Assembly (NCBI GenBank): GCA_903897805.1
Contig: CAIUCV010000005.1
Location: forward strand, 2,384-66,383
Reading direction: 5' to 3'
DNA: 64,000 nucleotides
Origin: Candidatus Yanofskybacteria bacterium
GTDB taxonomy: Bacteria; Patescibacteriota; Minisyncoccia; 2-02-FULL-40-12; IGHO2-01-FULL-4-A
Shown here: positions 47,071 through 56,009 of the stretch, in pieces
How positions within the stretch are numbered: the stretch's first letter is position 1
Layout: each line of letters begins with the position of its first letter
Made by a program: the position numbers and the translations under genes
Notes under the pieces: model-generated
Database searches by the model: none
What the model was told of the DNA's origin: nothing
What the model saw: the letters and a program-made list of their open reading frames with translations, nothing else

Positions 47071-47422
47071 TGGAGATGTGGGGAGTTGAACCCCAGTCTG
47101 GAAAATGATTTAAAATTGCACTACAAGTTTAGCCGGGTTGATTAGACTTCAGTTAAAAACCCGACAAAATAACCAAAGACCTATTTTGTATTTTTCGTGC
47201 TCTATCGCTAAAACATTGAAAAGGTGATAGGGCCTTATCCTGCTGATGACGCCCTGGTCCGGTTAGCAGAAATCACCGGGAGGACGCGCCTTAAGCGTAA
47301 GCTAGGGCGTAATTGCTGTTGTAATTGGCAATTATGATTTTGGGTAAATGATTTAAGTGGTGATTATCCATCCACTACTTGCGCAGATTTTAAAAGAAAT
47401 TCCATCGAAGCCGGTCATCCCC
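47071..47422 (-). ncRNA. ssrA: tmRNA (SsrA), standard one-piece, ~352 nt; predicted tag ANYNSNYALAYA
   Basis: 5' GGGGAUGACCGGCUUCGAUGG, consistent with a GGGGNUGA tmRNA 5' end. 3' T-arm UGGGG-UUCAACU-CCCCA + CAUCUCC + A discriminator, with a G3-U70 wobble. Tag ORF GCC AAT TAC AAC AGC AAT TAC GCC CTA GCT TAC GCT TAA. Adjacent to smpB. Confidence 0.8.
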
Positions 47423-47864
47423 GTTGTTTTAATGTTCTTTCTATTTTTCTTTGGGTTTCGCGCTCAATGATTTTCTCGCGTTTATCGCCTTTCTTTTTTC
47501 CTTGCCCGATGCCCACTTCAAGCTTTATCAAACCATTCTTATTATACAACTTAATTGGCACCAATGTCAATCCCTTCTCCTGCGATTTCCCGGTTAGATA
47601 ATTGAGCTCTTTCTTTTTCAAAAGCAATTTCCGGCTCCTTTGCTGGTCATAATTGGGCGGGACATTGCCGGCTTGGTAAGGCGAGACCGTTGCACCCAAA
47701 AGCCACGCTTCACTGTTCATAATTTTAACATACGCGCCCTTTATTGAGCACCTGCCGGCCCTGATTGATTTAACCTCGTGTCCGGTCAAAACCAGACCCG
47801 CTTCCAGCGTCTCCAAAATGTGATAATCAAAATGAGCTTTTGGGTTTGTGGCGTACGTTTGCAC
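47415..47864 (-). CDS. smpB: SsrA-binding protein SmpB
   Basis: YEAGLVLTGHEVKS...C-terminal basic tail; 149 aa. Confidence 0.85.
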   Translation of the reverse strand: MQTYATNPKAHFDYHILETLEAGLVLTGHEVKSIRAGRCSIKGAYVKIMNSEAWLLGATVSPYQAGNVPPNYDQQRSRKLLLKKKELNYLTGKSQEKGLTLVPIKLYNKNGLIKLEVGIGQGKKKGDKREKIIERETQRKIERTLKQRG

Positions 47865-47964
47865 CTCTAGATTATAGCACTTATCAACAATTTTTTATTG
47901 TAATAATTCCCAGTAACTTTATTATAAAATTGGAGAGTGGGTAATCGGATGCATTGAGAGGAGT

Positions 47965-48423
47965 TTGCCGAACATCATCGGCGGCGAATCAAAAAAATTC
48001 TTTTGTAAAAAGTTGGGAAGTAGTAACCGTACAAATTCTGGTCTAAAAAATCTAAAACAGAAATACGACAAATTAAAATGCTGGGGCATTCTGACTTCAA
48101 TTGATCTGTACGAATGCAAGCCGGAATCCATAAGGCAACCCAAAAAGATTAAAGAGTTTATCTTTAAGCTTTGCTCCGCAATAAAAATGAAAAGGTACGG
48201 TGCACCGATGATAAAGAAGTTTGGCGAGGGTGATTTGCTCGGCTATTCCGCCCTTCAGTTCATAGAAACGTCCTCCATAACCCTGCATTTTGATGAAACA
48301 AAAGACAGGGCTTTTATAGAAATTTTCAGCTGTAAATACTTTGAACCGGAAAGAGCGCGGCAATTTTGCCAGAAATTTTTGGGGTCAAAAAAATCAAAAC
48401 TGCGTTATTATTTGAGACATTAA
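47965..48423 (+). CDS. speH: S-adenosylmethionine decarboxylase proenzyme-like (SpeH family), TTG start, ~40-aa N-terminal extension
   Basis: DLYEC...GYSALQFIETSSITLHFDE...AFIEIFSCKYFEP matches the small-type AdoMetDC core; RBS GAGAGGAG. Confidence 0.55.
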   Translation: MPNIIGGESKKFFCKKLGSSNRTNSGLKNLKQKYDKLKCWGILTSIDLYECKPESIRQPKKIKEFIFKLCSAIKMKRYGAPMIKKFGEGDLLGYSALQFIETSSITLHFDETKDRAFIEIFSCKYFEPERARQFCQKFLGSKKSKLRYYLRH

Positions 48424-48425
48424 AA

Positions 48426-48454
48426 ACAGCCCCACTAAGGCGGGACTGTTTTTT
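48426..48454. terminator. Bidirectional terminator hairpin + T6 between speH-like and htrA
   Basis: CAGCCCC-actaagg-CGGGACTG followed by TTTTTT. Confidence 0.5.
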
Positions 48455-48467
48455 AGTTACTAAAATT

Positions 48468-49562
48468 TTACTTTCGCTCTTCCAGTACCGTCTTTACCCT
48501 CATCGTTTTGTCTTTTCTCATTACCGTCATTTCCAGTTCATCGCCGACCTTTGCCGTCTGTATTATATCCGCGAGTTCGTTTTTTTCGGTTAGCTTGTCG
48601 CCGTTTATTTCAAGCACAATGTCATTTTCCTTTATGCCTGCCTTGTCGGCGGGGGAATCAGCAACAACGGCTTCCGTTCCGGGGATATGGTCCTTTATGA
48701 CCAGCGCGCCGAAATCCACGGGCAGAGCATATTTTTCTTTCAACTCTTTATTCAACATCACATATCTCAAGCCGATAAACGGCCTGACGATGCGACCAAA
48801 TTTGATTATATCTTCAAGGTCCGCTTTGGCCCAGTTAATAGGCAAGGAAAATCCGATATTTTGCGCGCCAAAGATTATAGCGGTATTAATACCGATAACT
48901 TCGCCGTCAAGATTAATCAGTGGTCCGCCGGAATTTCCCTGATTGATGGCTACGTCCGTCTGAATGACGTTTCGCAGGTTTTCTACCTGCCCGCCTTGTC
49001 CCATTGATGCCGAGATTTTGCGGCCGAGGCCGGAAATTATTCCCTTGGATACCGTGTTGGTGAAAAGACCGAGCGCGTTGCCGATGGCAACAACCGTTTG
49101 CCCCAGTTCTATTTTGTTGGAATTGCCAAGCTGTACGGCCGGCAGGCCCCGGGCATCAATTTTCAGGACCGCAACATCGTTCATGGGGTCGCGGGAAATA
49201 ACTTTTCCCGCGTATTCTTTTTCGTCGCTGGTAACGACAGTATATTCAGCTTCGGTATCAAAAACTACATGCTTGTTGGTTAAAACCAAACCGTCGGGAT
49301 GAACGATAAAACCGGAGCCGCCTCCGACTTTTACTTTTTCTCCCTTGGATTTTCCCAAATGCTTGTCAGGGAGCATTTCGCCAGGTCCCGCCTGCCGGTC
49401 GGGCAGGTCTTCCGGTAGGGGCATGCCGAATCCGAACGGCCCAAAAAACGGGGGGAAGGGCATCTGCCTGATTTTGGGCATAAACTTGGAAATGGCAATG
49501 CTAACCACCGCCGGGCCGACCTTTTTTACTGCTTCTATTGTTTGTTTTTCAATGTCTATCAT
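48468..49562 (-). CDS. htrA: HtrA/DegP-family serine protease with C-terminal PDZ domain
   Basis: Trypsin-like GNSGGPL; PDZ ...IKENDIVLEINGDKL. Confidence 0.8.
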   Translation of the reverse strand: MIDIEKQTIEAVKKVGPAVVSIAISKFMPKIRQMPFPPFFGPFGFGMPLPEDLPDRQAGPGEMLPDKHLGKSKGEKVKVGGGSGFIVHPDGLVLTNKHVVFDTEAEYTVVTSDEKEYAGKVISRDPMNDVAVLKIDARGLPAVQLGNSNKIELGQTVVAIGNALGLFTNTVSKGIISGLGRKISASMGQGGQVENLRNVIQTDVAINQGNSGGPLINLDGEVIGINTAIIFGAQNIGFSLPINWAKADLEDIIKFGRIVRPFIGLRYVMLNKELKEKYALPVDFGALVIKDHIPGTEAVVADSPADKAGIKENDIVLEINGDKLTEKNELADIIQTAKVGDELEMTVMRKDKTMRVKTVLEERK

Positions 49563-49638
49563 GCTAAAAAGTATAACATGACCAAGAAAATAAATTCAAA
49601 TTTGCAAAAAAGAAAATCCCTTGAGAGGGATTTGGCGG

Positions 49639-49872
49639 TTACTTAGTCTTCTTTTTGGTCTTGATATGTGCTGGCTGCTTATGCTTAAATTTTGCAATAT
49701 CTTTTTCGAGCGATTGGATATAGTTTTTCCTTGGACGAGATCGCTCTTTCTCTATGCGTAATGCTATACCAAGTGTTTTAGCTACCTCATTGTCGCTGAG
49801 ACCTAGCGTCTTTGCAACCTTTTCTGGTGAAGGAAATCCAGCCCTTATCAATATTCTTTTTCTTTTTGACAT
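49639..49872 (-). CDS. Small HTH protein (sigma-70 region-4-like duplicated motif VAKTLGLS / VAKTLGIA), basic tail
   Basis: Pattern only. Confidence 0.3.
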   Translation of the reverse strand: MSKRKRILIRAGFPSPEKVAKTLGLSDNEVAKTLGIALRIEKERSRPRKNYIQSLEKDIAKFKHKQPAHIKTKKKTK

Positions 49873-49964
49873 ATTGCCTCCCCGATTGATTTTAAAAGGT
49901 CTATTTTGGTTAGGCCCAATATATCATAATAGTATAGCAAAATGCAAGAAACCAGTCTTAATTT

Positions 49965-50501
49965 ATGAAAAAGCTCTCGCGAAAATTTTTTGATAGGCCA
50001 ACATTGAGAATTGCCAAAGAACTGCTTGGCAAGATTTTGGTTAGGAAAATTAGACGGAAAGTCGTCAGGGTAATAATTACCGAAACCGAGGCCTATTGCG
50101 GTCCGAGAGACCTTGCTAATCACGCTTCGCGCGGGCGGACAAAACGCACCGAAGTAATGTTCGGTCCGGCCGGCCACGCATATGTTTACCTGATATATGG
50201 GATGTATCATTGCCTGAATATCGTTACAGAAAAAGAGAATTATCCAGCGGCAGTTTTGATACGCGGAGCCGTATTGAAAAAAGATAAATCTGGCGCCAAG
50301 CTAGGTGGCCCTGGAAAACTTTGCCGATTTTTAAAGATAGACAAGGCCCTCAATGGAGAAGATGTGATTGAAAGTAAGAGATTGTGGGTGGAGGAAGGAG
50401 TAAAATTAAAGCCGCGCCAGATTGGCAGGTTAAAACGAATCGGCGTTGATTACGCCGGTCCATACAAACACAAACTCTGGAGGTTTTTCGTTAAATCGTG
50501 A
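49965..50501 (+). CDS. mpg: DNA-3-methyladenine glycosylase (Mpg/AAG family)
   Basis: TLRIAKELLGK...ITETEAYCGPRD...SRGRT.RTEVMFGPAGHAYVYLIYGMYHCLN matches PF02245. Confidence 0.75.
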   Translation: MKKLSRKFFDRPTLRIAKELLGKILVRKIRRKVVRVIITETEAYCGPRDLANHASRGRTKRTEVMFGPAGHAYVYLIYGMYHCLNIVTEKENYPAAVLIRGAVLKKDKSGAKLGGPGKLCRFLKIDKALNGEDVIESKRLWVEEGVKLKPRQIGRLKRIGVDYAGPYKHKLWRFFVKS

Positions 50502-50576
50502 AACGAGACTTGACTTTTAAGCCAAGGCCAGTTAACTTATCTCCAGTTTTTTAAAATTGAAGACAGGGGACCGCTT

Positions 50577-51863
50577 ATGCGCAATGAAGTAAAAGTCGGC
50601 AAGTTAAATAACGGTTTAAAATTTTATTCCCAATATGATTGGTCTGGCGGCACGCATCTAGCCGGGATAGGTGTTAAAGTTGGCTCACTGCACACCCCAC
50701 CAGGTTGCGTTGGGCTCCCGCATCTAGTTGAGCATCTGCTTGCCAGAGAGTCGCTTAAGTACGCGCCGCTTCAAGCAGAAATGATTTTTGAAAAGCACTT
50801 AGGCGATCCCGACGAGGATATAAATATAAGAATTGACAGAGCAAGCACTTTTTATGGCTTTGGCGATCTGCTTAAAAAAGAAGGCATGCTGGCGTGTTTT
50901 GATGTAATGGCCAATTTTTTGCGCGACAAGATCGTAACCGCCGAAGGCATAGATGTTGAAAAAGCCGCGGTCCATAATGAATATTACTTGCGTGGCGTTG
51001 ATTCAATGTGGAGTTTAATTGATGACTTAATGCACGGACTGATATATGAACGCAATCCGGCAAGACTCAGGATTGATTGCGAGGTTGATGACCTAAAGGG
51101 AATTAAAAGGAGTCAAATTGCCAGTTTTATTAGGAAACACTATGTCCCAGAAAATATGTTTCTGATTATGCTCGGTCCCAGATTTGAAGAGGTCAGAGAA
51201 TTTGCCAAGCAATACTTTGATGATTTGAAAAATAAACCAAGGCCAGTGCTGGATTATGACCATTCTGATAATTTGCCCGTACTCGCATCGATTAGGTCAA
51301 ATGAGGTTGAAAGAGCGAGTATCGGTCAGTTTCACTTTGCGCTTGGTTTCCCCACAGAGAGTTATATGAGCAAAGACGCTGAAGCACTCGATGTTTTAGC
51401 TAGGATCCTGGCCTTCAGGTTGAGACAGCGGCTCAGAGAAGGGAATCGTATATTTGACCAGGGCGTCTACCGGGCCAATGTATACACTTCAAGATCGTTT
51501 TTGCATGGTTTGATATATGCAATCTTTGCTACGGTCAGCGGGGAATTTGCCCAAAAAGGCGAGGGGATAGTTCTAGAACAGATTCAAAAACTTAAAGAAG
51601 AACTGGTGGGCGATGAGGAACTCGATGCTATGGTTAGCTATATTGACAATTCGTATCAGGATGCATTTAAAAAGATTGCCCTAACCTTGTCGGAAATGAT
51701 CATTGAAGCAGTATGCAATGGCGACGATGAGGACGGCAAAGAATTGGTTCATCTCCATTCTTTCAGGCAGAGATTACATAAAGTGACGCGCCGAAAATTG
51801 CGCGCCGTCGCTAATAAATACTTTACCCCGAATTATGCTCGCGTCCTGATAAGACCCGTCTAA
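50577..51863 (+). CDS. M16 family zinc peptidase (insulinase-like)
   Basis: Inverted zinc motif HLVEHLL (HxxEH) in GLPHLVEHLLARES; 428 aa. Confidence 0.7.
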   Translation: MRNEVKVGKLNNGLKFYSQYDWSGGTHLAGIGVKVGSLHTPPGCVGLPHLVEHLLARESLKYAPLQAEMIFEKHLGDPDEDINIRIDRASTFYGFGDLLKKEGMLACFDVMANFLRDKIVTAEGIDVEKAAVHNEYYLRGVDSMWSLIDDLMHGLIYERNPARLRIDCEVDDLKGIKRSQIASFIRKHYVPENMFLIMLGPRFEEVREFAKQYFDDLKNKPRPVLDYDHSDNLPVLASIRSNEVERASIGQFHFALGFPTESYMSKDAEALDVLARILAFRLRQRLREGNRIFDQGVYRANVYTSRSFLHGLIYAIFATVSGEFAQKGEGIVLEQIQKLKEELVGDEELDAMVSYIDNSYQDAFKKIALTLSEMIIEAVCNGDDEDGKELVHLHSFRQRLHKVTRRKLRAVANKYFTPNYARVLIRPV

Positions 51864-51970
51864 GCCCAACCCGCAATTGCGGGTTTTTATTTGCTTGGAG
51901 GGTCTATGGACTTTTTTGATGAGATGCCCTATGGTGTCGATATTAGGACTTTGAAAATTAGGGGGGCAAA

Positions 51971-52774
51971 ATGGCGTTTGCTTCAGAGTTCTTTGCTTCA
52001 GAATTTCCGATTATGCATCAGGAAAAAGTAGGGGCCATCATTGAGCGTTTGAAGATTGGGCAATCTTCCCCGCAGCCGGCAGGGAGAAAGAGCAACACTA
52101 CCGTTTTCGCGTTTACGTATGATAACGGGGTGGTTTTAGCCGGCGATCGGAGAATGACAGATGGCTATTATGAGATTGCTTCTGACAACACTATTAAAGT
52201 TAAACAATTGTCCAAATTCTCGGCTATAGCTTGCGCTGGCTCCTGCAATATTATCAGATACTTAGAAGACAACATGGAAGCCGTTTGCGCTATTTTCAAG
52301 GAACGGTATCAAAGGGAATTGTCGCCGGATGGACAAGCCAACCACCTTCGAAATTTAATGGAGGGGTGGTGGTATTTCTACGTTTTTTACTGGTATTGGT
52401 CTATAGGTGTGCCCGTACTGGCTACCTATGATTTGGAAATGGGGCAACCGCGCATATTTTCTTTTGCCGAAGATGGTTTCTATTTTGAACCGTCGTTTCT
52501 TGCCGGAACCGGTTGCGGATTTGAAACGGTCAGGGGACTGATAGTTGATCGTTGGCGGGAAGACCTTGATGCTGACTTGGCGATAACTCTTGCCGTCAGA
52601 GCAATGATCCACTCAGGAGTCGCAAGCCATGGCGTTAGTGATGCCCGAATCGTACCGCCGAAAGTCGCTCTTATTGATAAGGAAGGATTTAGATGGGTAC
52701 CTGAGCGACTAATTATAAAGAAGAGGGACGACTTATTAAAAGAAATAAGGGGGATACGATGCCTGTTGTGCTAA
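51971..52774 (+). CDS. prcB: 20S proteasome beta-subunit-like Ntn hydrolase with ~52-aa propeptide
   Basis: After the propeptide: TTVFAFTYDNGVVLAGDRRMT (Thr1, Asp17), Lys ~33 (IKVKQL), GTG loop (AGTGCGFE). Aligns by eye to actinobacterial PrcB. Confidence 0.65.
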   Translation: MAFASEFFASEFPIMHQEKVGAIIERLKIGQSSPQPAGRKSNTTVFAFTYDNGVVLAGDRRMTDGYYEIASDNTIKVKQLSKFSAIACAGSCNIIRYLEDNMEAVCAIFKERYQRELSPDGQANHLRNLMEGWWYFYVFYWYWSIGVPVLATYDLEMGQPRIFSFAEDGFYFEPSFLAGTGCGFETVRGLIVDRWREDLDADLAITLAVRAMIHSGVASHGVSDARIVPPKVALIDKEGFRWVPERLIIKKRDDLLKEIRGIRCLLC

Positions 52775-53448
52775 GACTTGAACCGTCTCCGGAAGCAAAA
52801 AAAGAAGCCATTAATTCCTTGCTTTCAGACAGAACAGGGCTGATCATCAGAGGCAAGAATTGTGTAGTAGTTGCTATCAAGTCGCCGGTTATAGTTAATG
52901 TTCTTAAACATCCTGGTGAAGGCCTTGAGCATTCTAGCCAAAGTACAAAATTGTTCATTTGGGGGCTTGGCGGTTCTGTTGCCGCGAGAAGAGGTTTTGG
53001 AATAGAGTTTGGCCGATTTGAGAACGAATTGAGAAACAGATTTTCCCATAGAGACCTGAATTTTGTAATGCTTAACGATTTCATCAGTGGTTACCTCCGA
53101 AAGGACCTTTATAGCCGCAAGTCCGATGAGCCCTTGGCGCTGGAATTCATTTTGGCTGAGATTACCTTGAGTAGTATGACCTTTTCCATCATCAATTTTG
53201 ACGGGGATTCAAGATTTTTCAAGGAAAGCAGCTTTACTGTTATCGGATGCACTGGCGACAAGGAAAAAAAGGAATTGACAGAATCTCTCAATAGCTTGAA
53301 TTTGGGCAATCTTTCGGCAAAAGAAATTAGTGAATTAGTTCAGCCACTGCTGGAGAAATTCAAGGGCGACTTCTTTTTGATATCTTTTTCCTTGAAGAGC
53401 AGGAAGGCCCCAAAACAAAAAAATAAACCGCGAGCAAGACGCCAATAG
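52759..53448 (+). CDS. prcA: 20S proteasome alpha-subunit-like protein, translationally coupled to the beta-like gene
   Basis: RBS AAGGGGGA; 16-nt overlap with the upstream gene. EPSPEA...GKNCVVVAIKSPV...GSVAARRGFGIEFGRFENELRNRF parallels the PrcA layout. No N-terminal Thr, so likely non-catalytic. Confidence 0.5.
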   Translation: MPVVLRLEPSPEAKKEAINSLLSDRTGLIIRGKNCVVVAIKSPVIVNVLKHPGEGLEHSSQSTKLFIWGLGGSVAARRGFGIEFGRFENELRNRFSHRDLNFVMLNDFISGYLRKDLYSRKSDEPLALEFILAEITLSSMTFSIINFDGDSRFFKESSFTVIGCTGDKEKKELTESLNSLNLGNLSAKEISELVQPLLEKFKGDFFLISFSLKSRKAPKQKNKPRARRQ

Positions 53449-53536
53449 CGTCTTTTTTATTTCGGATAAATTGCATTATTTATCTCCGCGCGTTAATATG
53501 AGCGCGAATCCAGTTCTTTAAAAAAGGAGGTTTCGC

Positions 53537-54184
53537 ATGAAAGCCAGACCGAATAGTACATCAAAACCCGCTAATTTAAAGCAGGTATTAAATTGGACTC
53601 CGACCGATTGGCAATATCAGAAATTCTTGGACCGGGGGATCGTTTTTATACAAGGCGTGACCGATGGAGCAATGTCATCTGAATTTAGTTACGAAATGAT
53701 GCATCTCACGAAAATCGAACCGCCCATGGAAGGCGGTACCAAAAAGCCGATTTGGATAATCCTGGATTCGTGTGGCGGCAGTGTTGTTGCGGGCCTAGCC
53801 ATATATGACACGATAAAAGCCACGGTGGCTTCCGGTGCCGAAGTGAATATTATTGGCAAAGGCATAGTAGCGTCTATGGCCTCTGTCATTATTCAGGCCG
53901 GGTCAAAAAGACTTGCCTTGCCGCATACCCAATTCCTTGTGCATGAAATTAGCCAGTCGATTTTCGAGGAGGAAGAAAAAGTCAGCGAGGGCGAAGAGCG
54001 GATTCAGGAAGTCAAGAGAATCAACCGTATCATCATGAATATTATTGCCGAAAGAGCGGGCATAGATGTTGATGAACTCATTAAACTTTCAAAGAAAAAA
54101 GATTGTTGGTTTGATGCTTTAGGCGCGCGCAAGTTAGGCACAAATGGCCTGATTGACGAAATCATTACCACTTTTCCTTTTTAA
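53537..54184 (+). CDS. clpP: ClpP-family serine protease (N-terminally extended)
   Basis: ILDSCGGSVVAGLAIYDTI...GIVASMASVI (Ser), LVHEIS (His), DCWFDALGA...GLIDEI (Asp). Confidence 0.7.
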   Translation: MKARPNSTSKPANLKQVLNWTPTDWQYQKFLDRGIVFIQGVTDGAMSSEFSYEMMHLTKIEPPMEGGTKKPIWIILDSCGGSVVAGLAIYDTIKATVASGAEVNIIGKGIVASMASVIIQAGSKRLALPHTQFLVHEISQSIFEEEEKVSEGEERIQEVKRINRIIMNIIAERAGIDVDELIKLSKKKDCWFDALGARKLGTNGLIDEIITTFPF

Positions 54185-54199
54185 GTAACTCGTTTAAAC

Positions 54200-54227
54200 A
54201 ACTCGCGATTAAGCGAGTTTTTGTTTT
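54200..54227 (+). terminator. Rho-independent terminator (AACTCGC-gattaa-GCGAGTT + T-run)
   Basis: Seen directly. Confidence 0.65.
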
Positions 54228-54260
54228 AGATTTAGGGCGTTTTATGCTAGGATTTAAGGA

Positions 54261-55976
54261 ATGATAAGAGACGTCATCGGCGAAATAGTTAAGGGAGCAA
54301 TAGACGAAATTTGGGGGACGAAAATAACGCCTTTGGATGTTTTAATTGAAGTTGAAAAACCCCAGAGCGAATTCGGCGATTACGCAGTAAATGTGGCTTT
54401 CGCGTTGAGCAAGTTGTTGCACTTTGGCCCCAATGAAATTGCCGGTTCGCTCGTCCGGAAACTAAACGAGAAAAGGACGCCGGAAATTGCAAAGGTTGAA
54501 GCTGCCGGTGGGTACATAAATTTTTTCCTGAGTTCGGAATATCTGCAAAAGGAGCTATCAAAAATCGCAGAGGACAAAAATTTTGGCCTGAATGAGACCT
54601 TGAAAGGAAAAACGGTGATGATTGAATACACAGACCCGAATCCTTTTAAACTTTTCCATATCGGGCATCTAATGAGCAACACGATAGGGGAGTCAATCGC
54701 GCGGCTATACGAAGCTTCCGGCGCGAAGGTCATCAGAGCTAATTATCAAGGGGACGTCGGGCTTCATGTCGCCAAGGCGATCTGGGAAATGAAAAAAGAA
54801 AAGATTCTTCCTCGTGATGTCGTGATGGAAACTCTAGCGCGAGTATATGCTATTGGATCTAAATCATATGAAGATGCGGAAGAAGAATCTGCGGTCAAAA
54901 AAGAAATAGCAGAGATCAATGAGAAGATCTATGAAAAAAGTGATTCAGAAATAAACAATTTATATAATTCGGGTAGAAAAGTTTCTTTGGATAATTTTGA
55001 AGTGATGTATAAAAAACTCGGCACGAAGTTTGATGTCTATTTCTTTGAAAGCGAAATGGGCGAGGAGGGCAAAGAAACAGTTTTGGGCAATCCGAAGATT
55101 TTTAAGAAGAGTGAAGGCGCGATTGTTTTCAAAGGCGAGGACTATGGACTACACACGAGGGTTTTTATCAATTCCAAAGGTTTACCGACATATGAGGCCA
55201 AGGAACTTGGGCTGAATAAGAAAAAATTTGAGCTTTATCCGTTGGATCTTTCCATTATTATTACTGGTAATGAAATTGACGAGTATTTCAGAGTTTTATT
55301 AAAGGTAATGGAGCTTATTATGCCCGAGGTCGCCGAGAAAACCGTCCACATTTCTCACGGAATGCTACGGCTGCCAAGCGGCAAGATGTCTTCTAGAACC
55401 GGGGATGTGATTACTGCAGAGTGGCTCATAAGTGAAATAAAATCCAGGTTGAAAGAAAAGGAAAACAAAGATAAGGGACTGACCGGCGAAGAAAAAGAAA
55501 ACAATTCCGAGCAAATTGCCATCGGCGCAATGAAATATTCTATACTCCGCCAGGCCCTGGGGCACGATATTATCTTTGATTTTGATAAGTCCTTATCTTT
55601 GGAAGGGGACTCGGGGCCTTACGCGCAATATGCTTATGCGCGGTTAAAGAGCATTCTTTCCAAAGCAGAAAATTATGATGCGAGGTCAGCGGATATGGCG
55701 GTGCTTAAGGAAAAATCCGAGCTGGAACTGATCAAGCAACTACTTGAATTACCCGAAGTGATTAAGTACAGCGGGGAAAAGCTCGCTCCACATCATTTAG
55801 TCAAATATATCCACGAGCTGGCAAGCGCGATGAATCATTTCTACGAATCCATCAGAATACTAACCGACGAAGATGTGCCGCGACGACAGGCGCGATTGGT
55901 TCTTGTTGAAACTGCGGCGGCGATTCTCAAAACCGGCCTCGGTCTTTTAGGGGTTAAGGTGCTGGAGAAAATTTGA
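54261..55976 (+). CDS. argS: Arginine--tRNA ligase
   Basis: HIGH motif (FHIGHLMS), DALS-type C-terminal anticodon-binding domain, 571 aa. Confidence 0.9.
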   Translation: MIRDVIGEIVKGAIDEIWGTKITPLDVLIEVEKPQSEFGDYAVNVAFALSKLLHFGPNEIAGSLVRKLNEKRTPEIAKVEAAGGYINFFLSSEYLQKELSKIAEDKNFGLNETLKGKTVMIEYTDPNPFKLFHIGHLMSNTIGESIARLYEASGAKVIRANYQGDVGLHVAKAIWEMKKEKILPRDVVMETLARVYAIGSKSYEDAEEESAVKKEIAEINEKIYEKSDSEINNLYNSGRKVSLDNFEVMYKKLGTKFDVYFFESEMGEEGKETVLGNPKIFKKSEGAIVFKGEDYGLHTRVFINSKGLPTYEAKELGLNKKKFELYPLDLSIIITGNEIDEYFRVLLKVMELIMPEVAEKTVHISHGMLRLPSGKMSSRTGDVITAEWLISEIKSRLKEKENKDKGLTGEEKENNSEQIAIGAMKYSILRQALGHDIIFDFDKSLSLEGDSGPYAQYAYARLKSILSKAENYDARSADMAVLKEKSELELIKQLLELPEVIKYSGEKLAPHHLVKYIHELASAMNHFYESIRILTDEDVPRRQARLVLVETAAAILKTGLGLLGVKVLEKI

Positions 55977-56009
55977 ATTTAGCCCCTTTTTTGCTATGCT
56001 TTAACTTAT

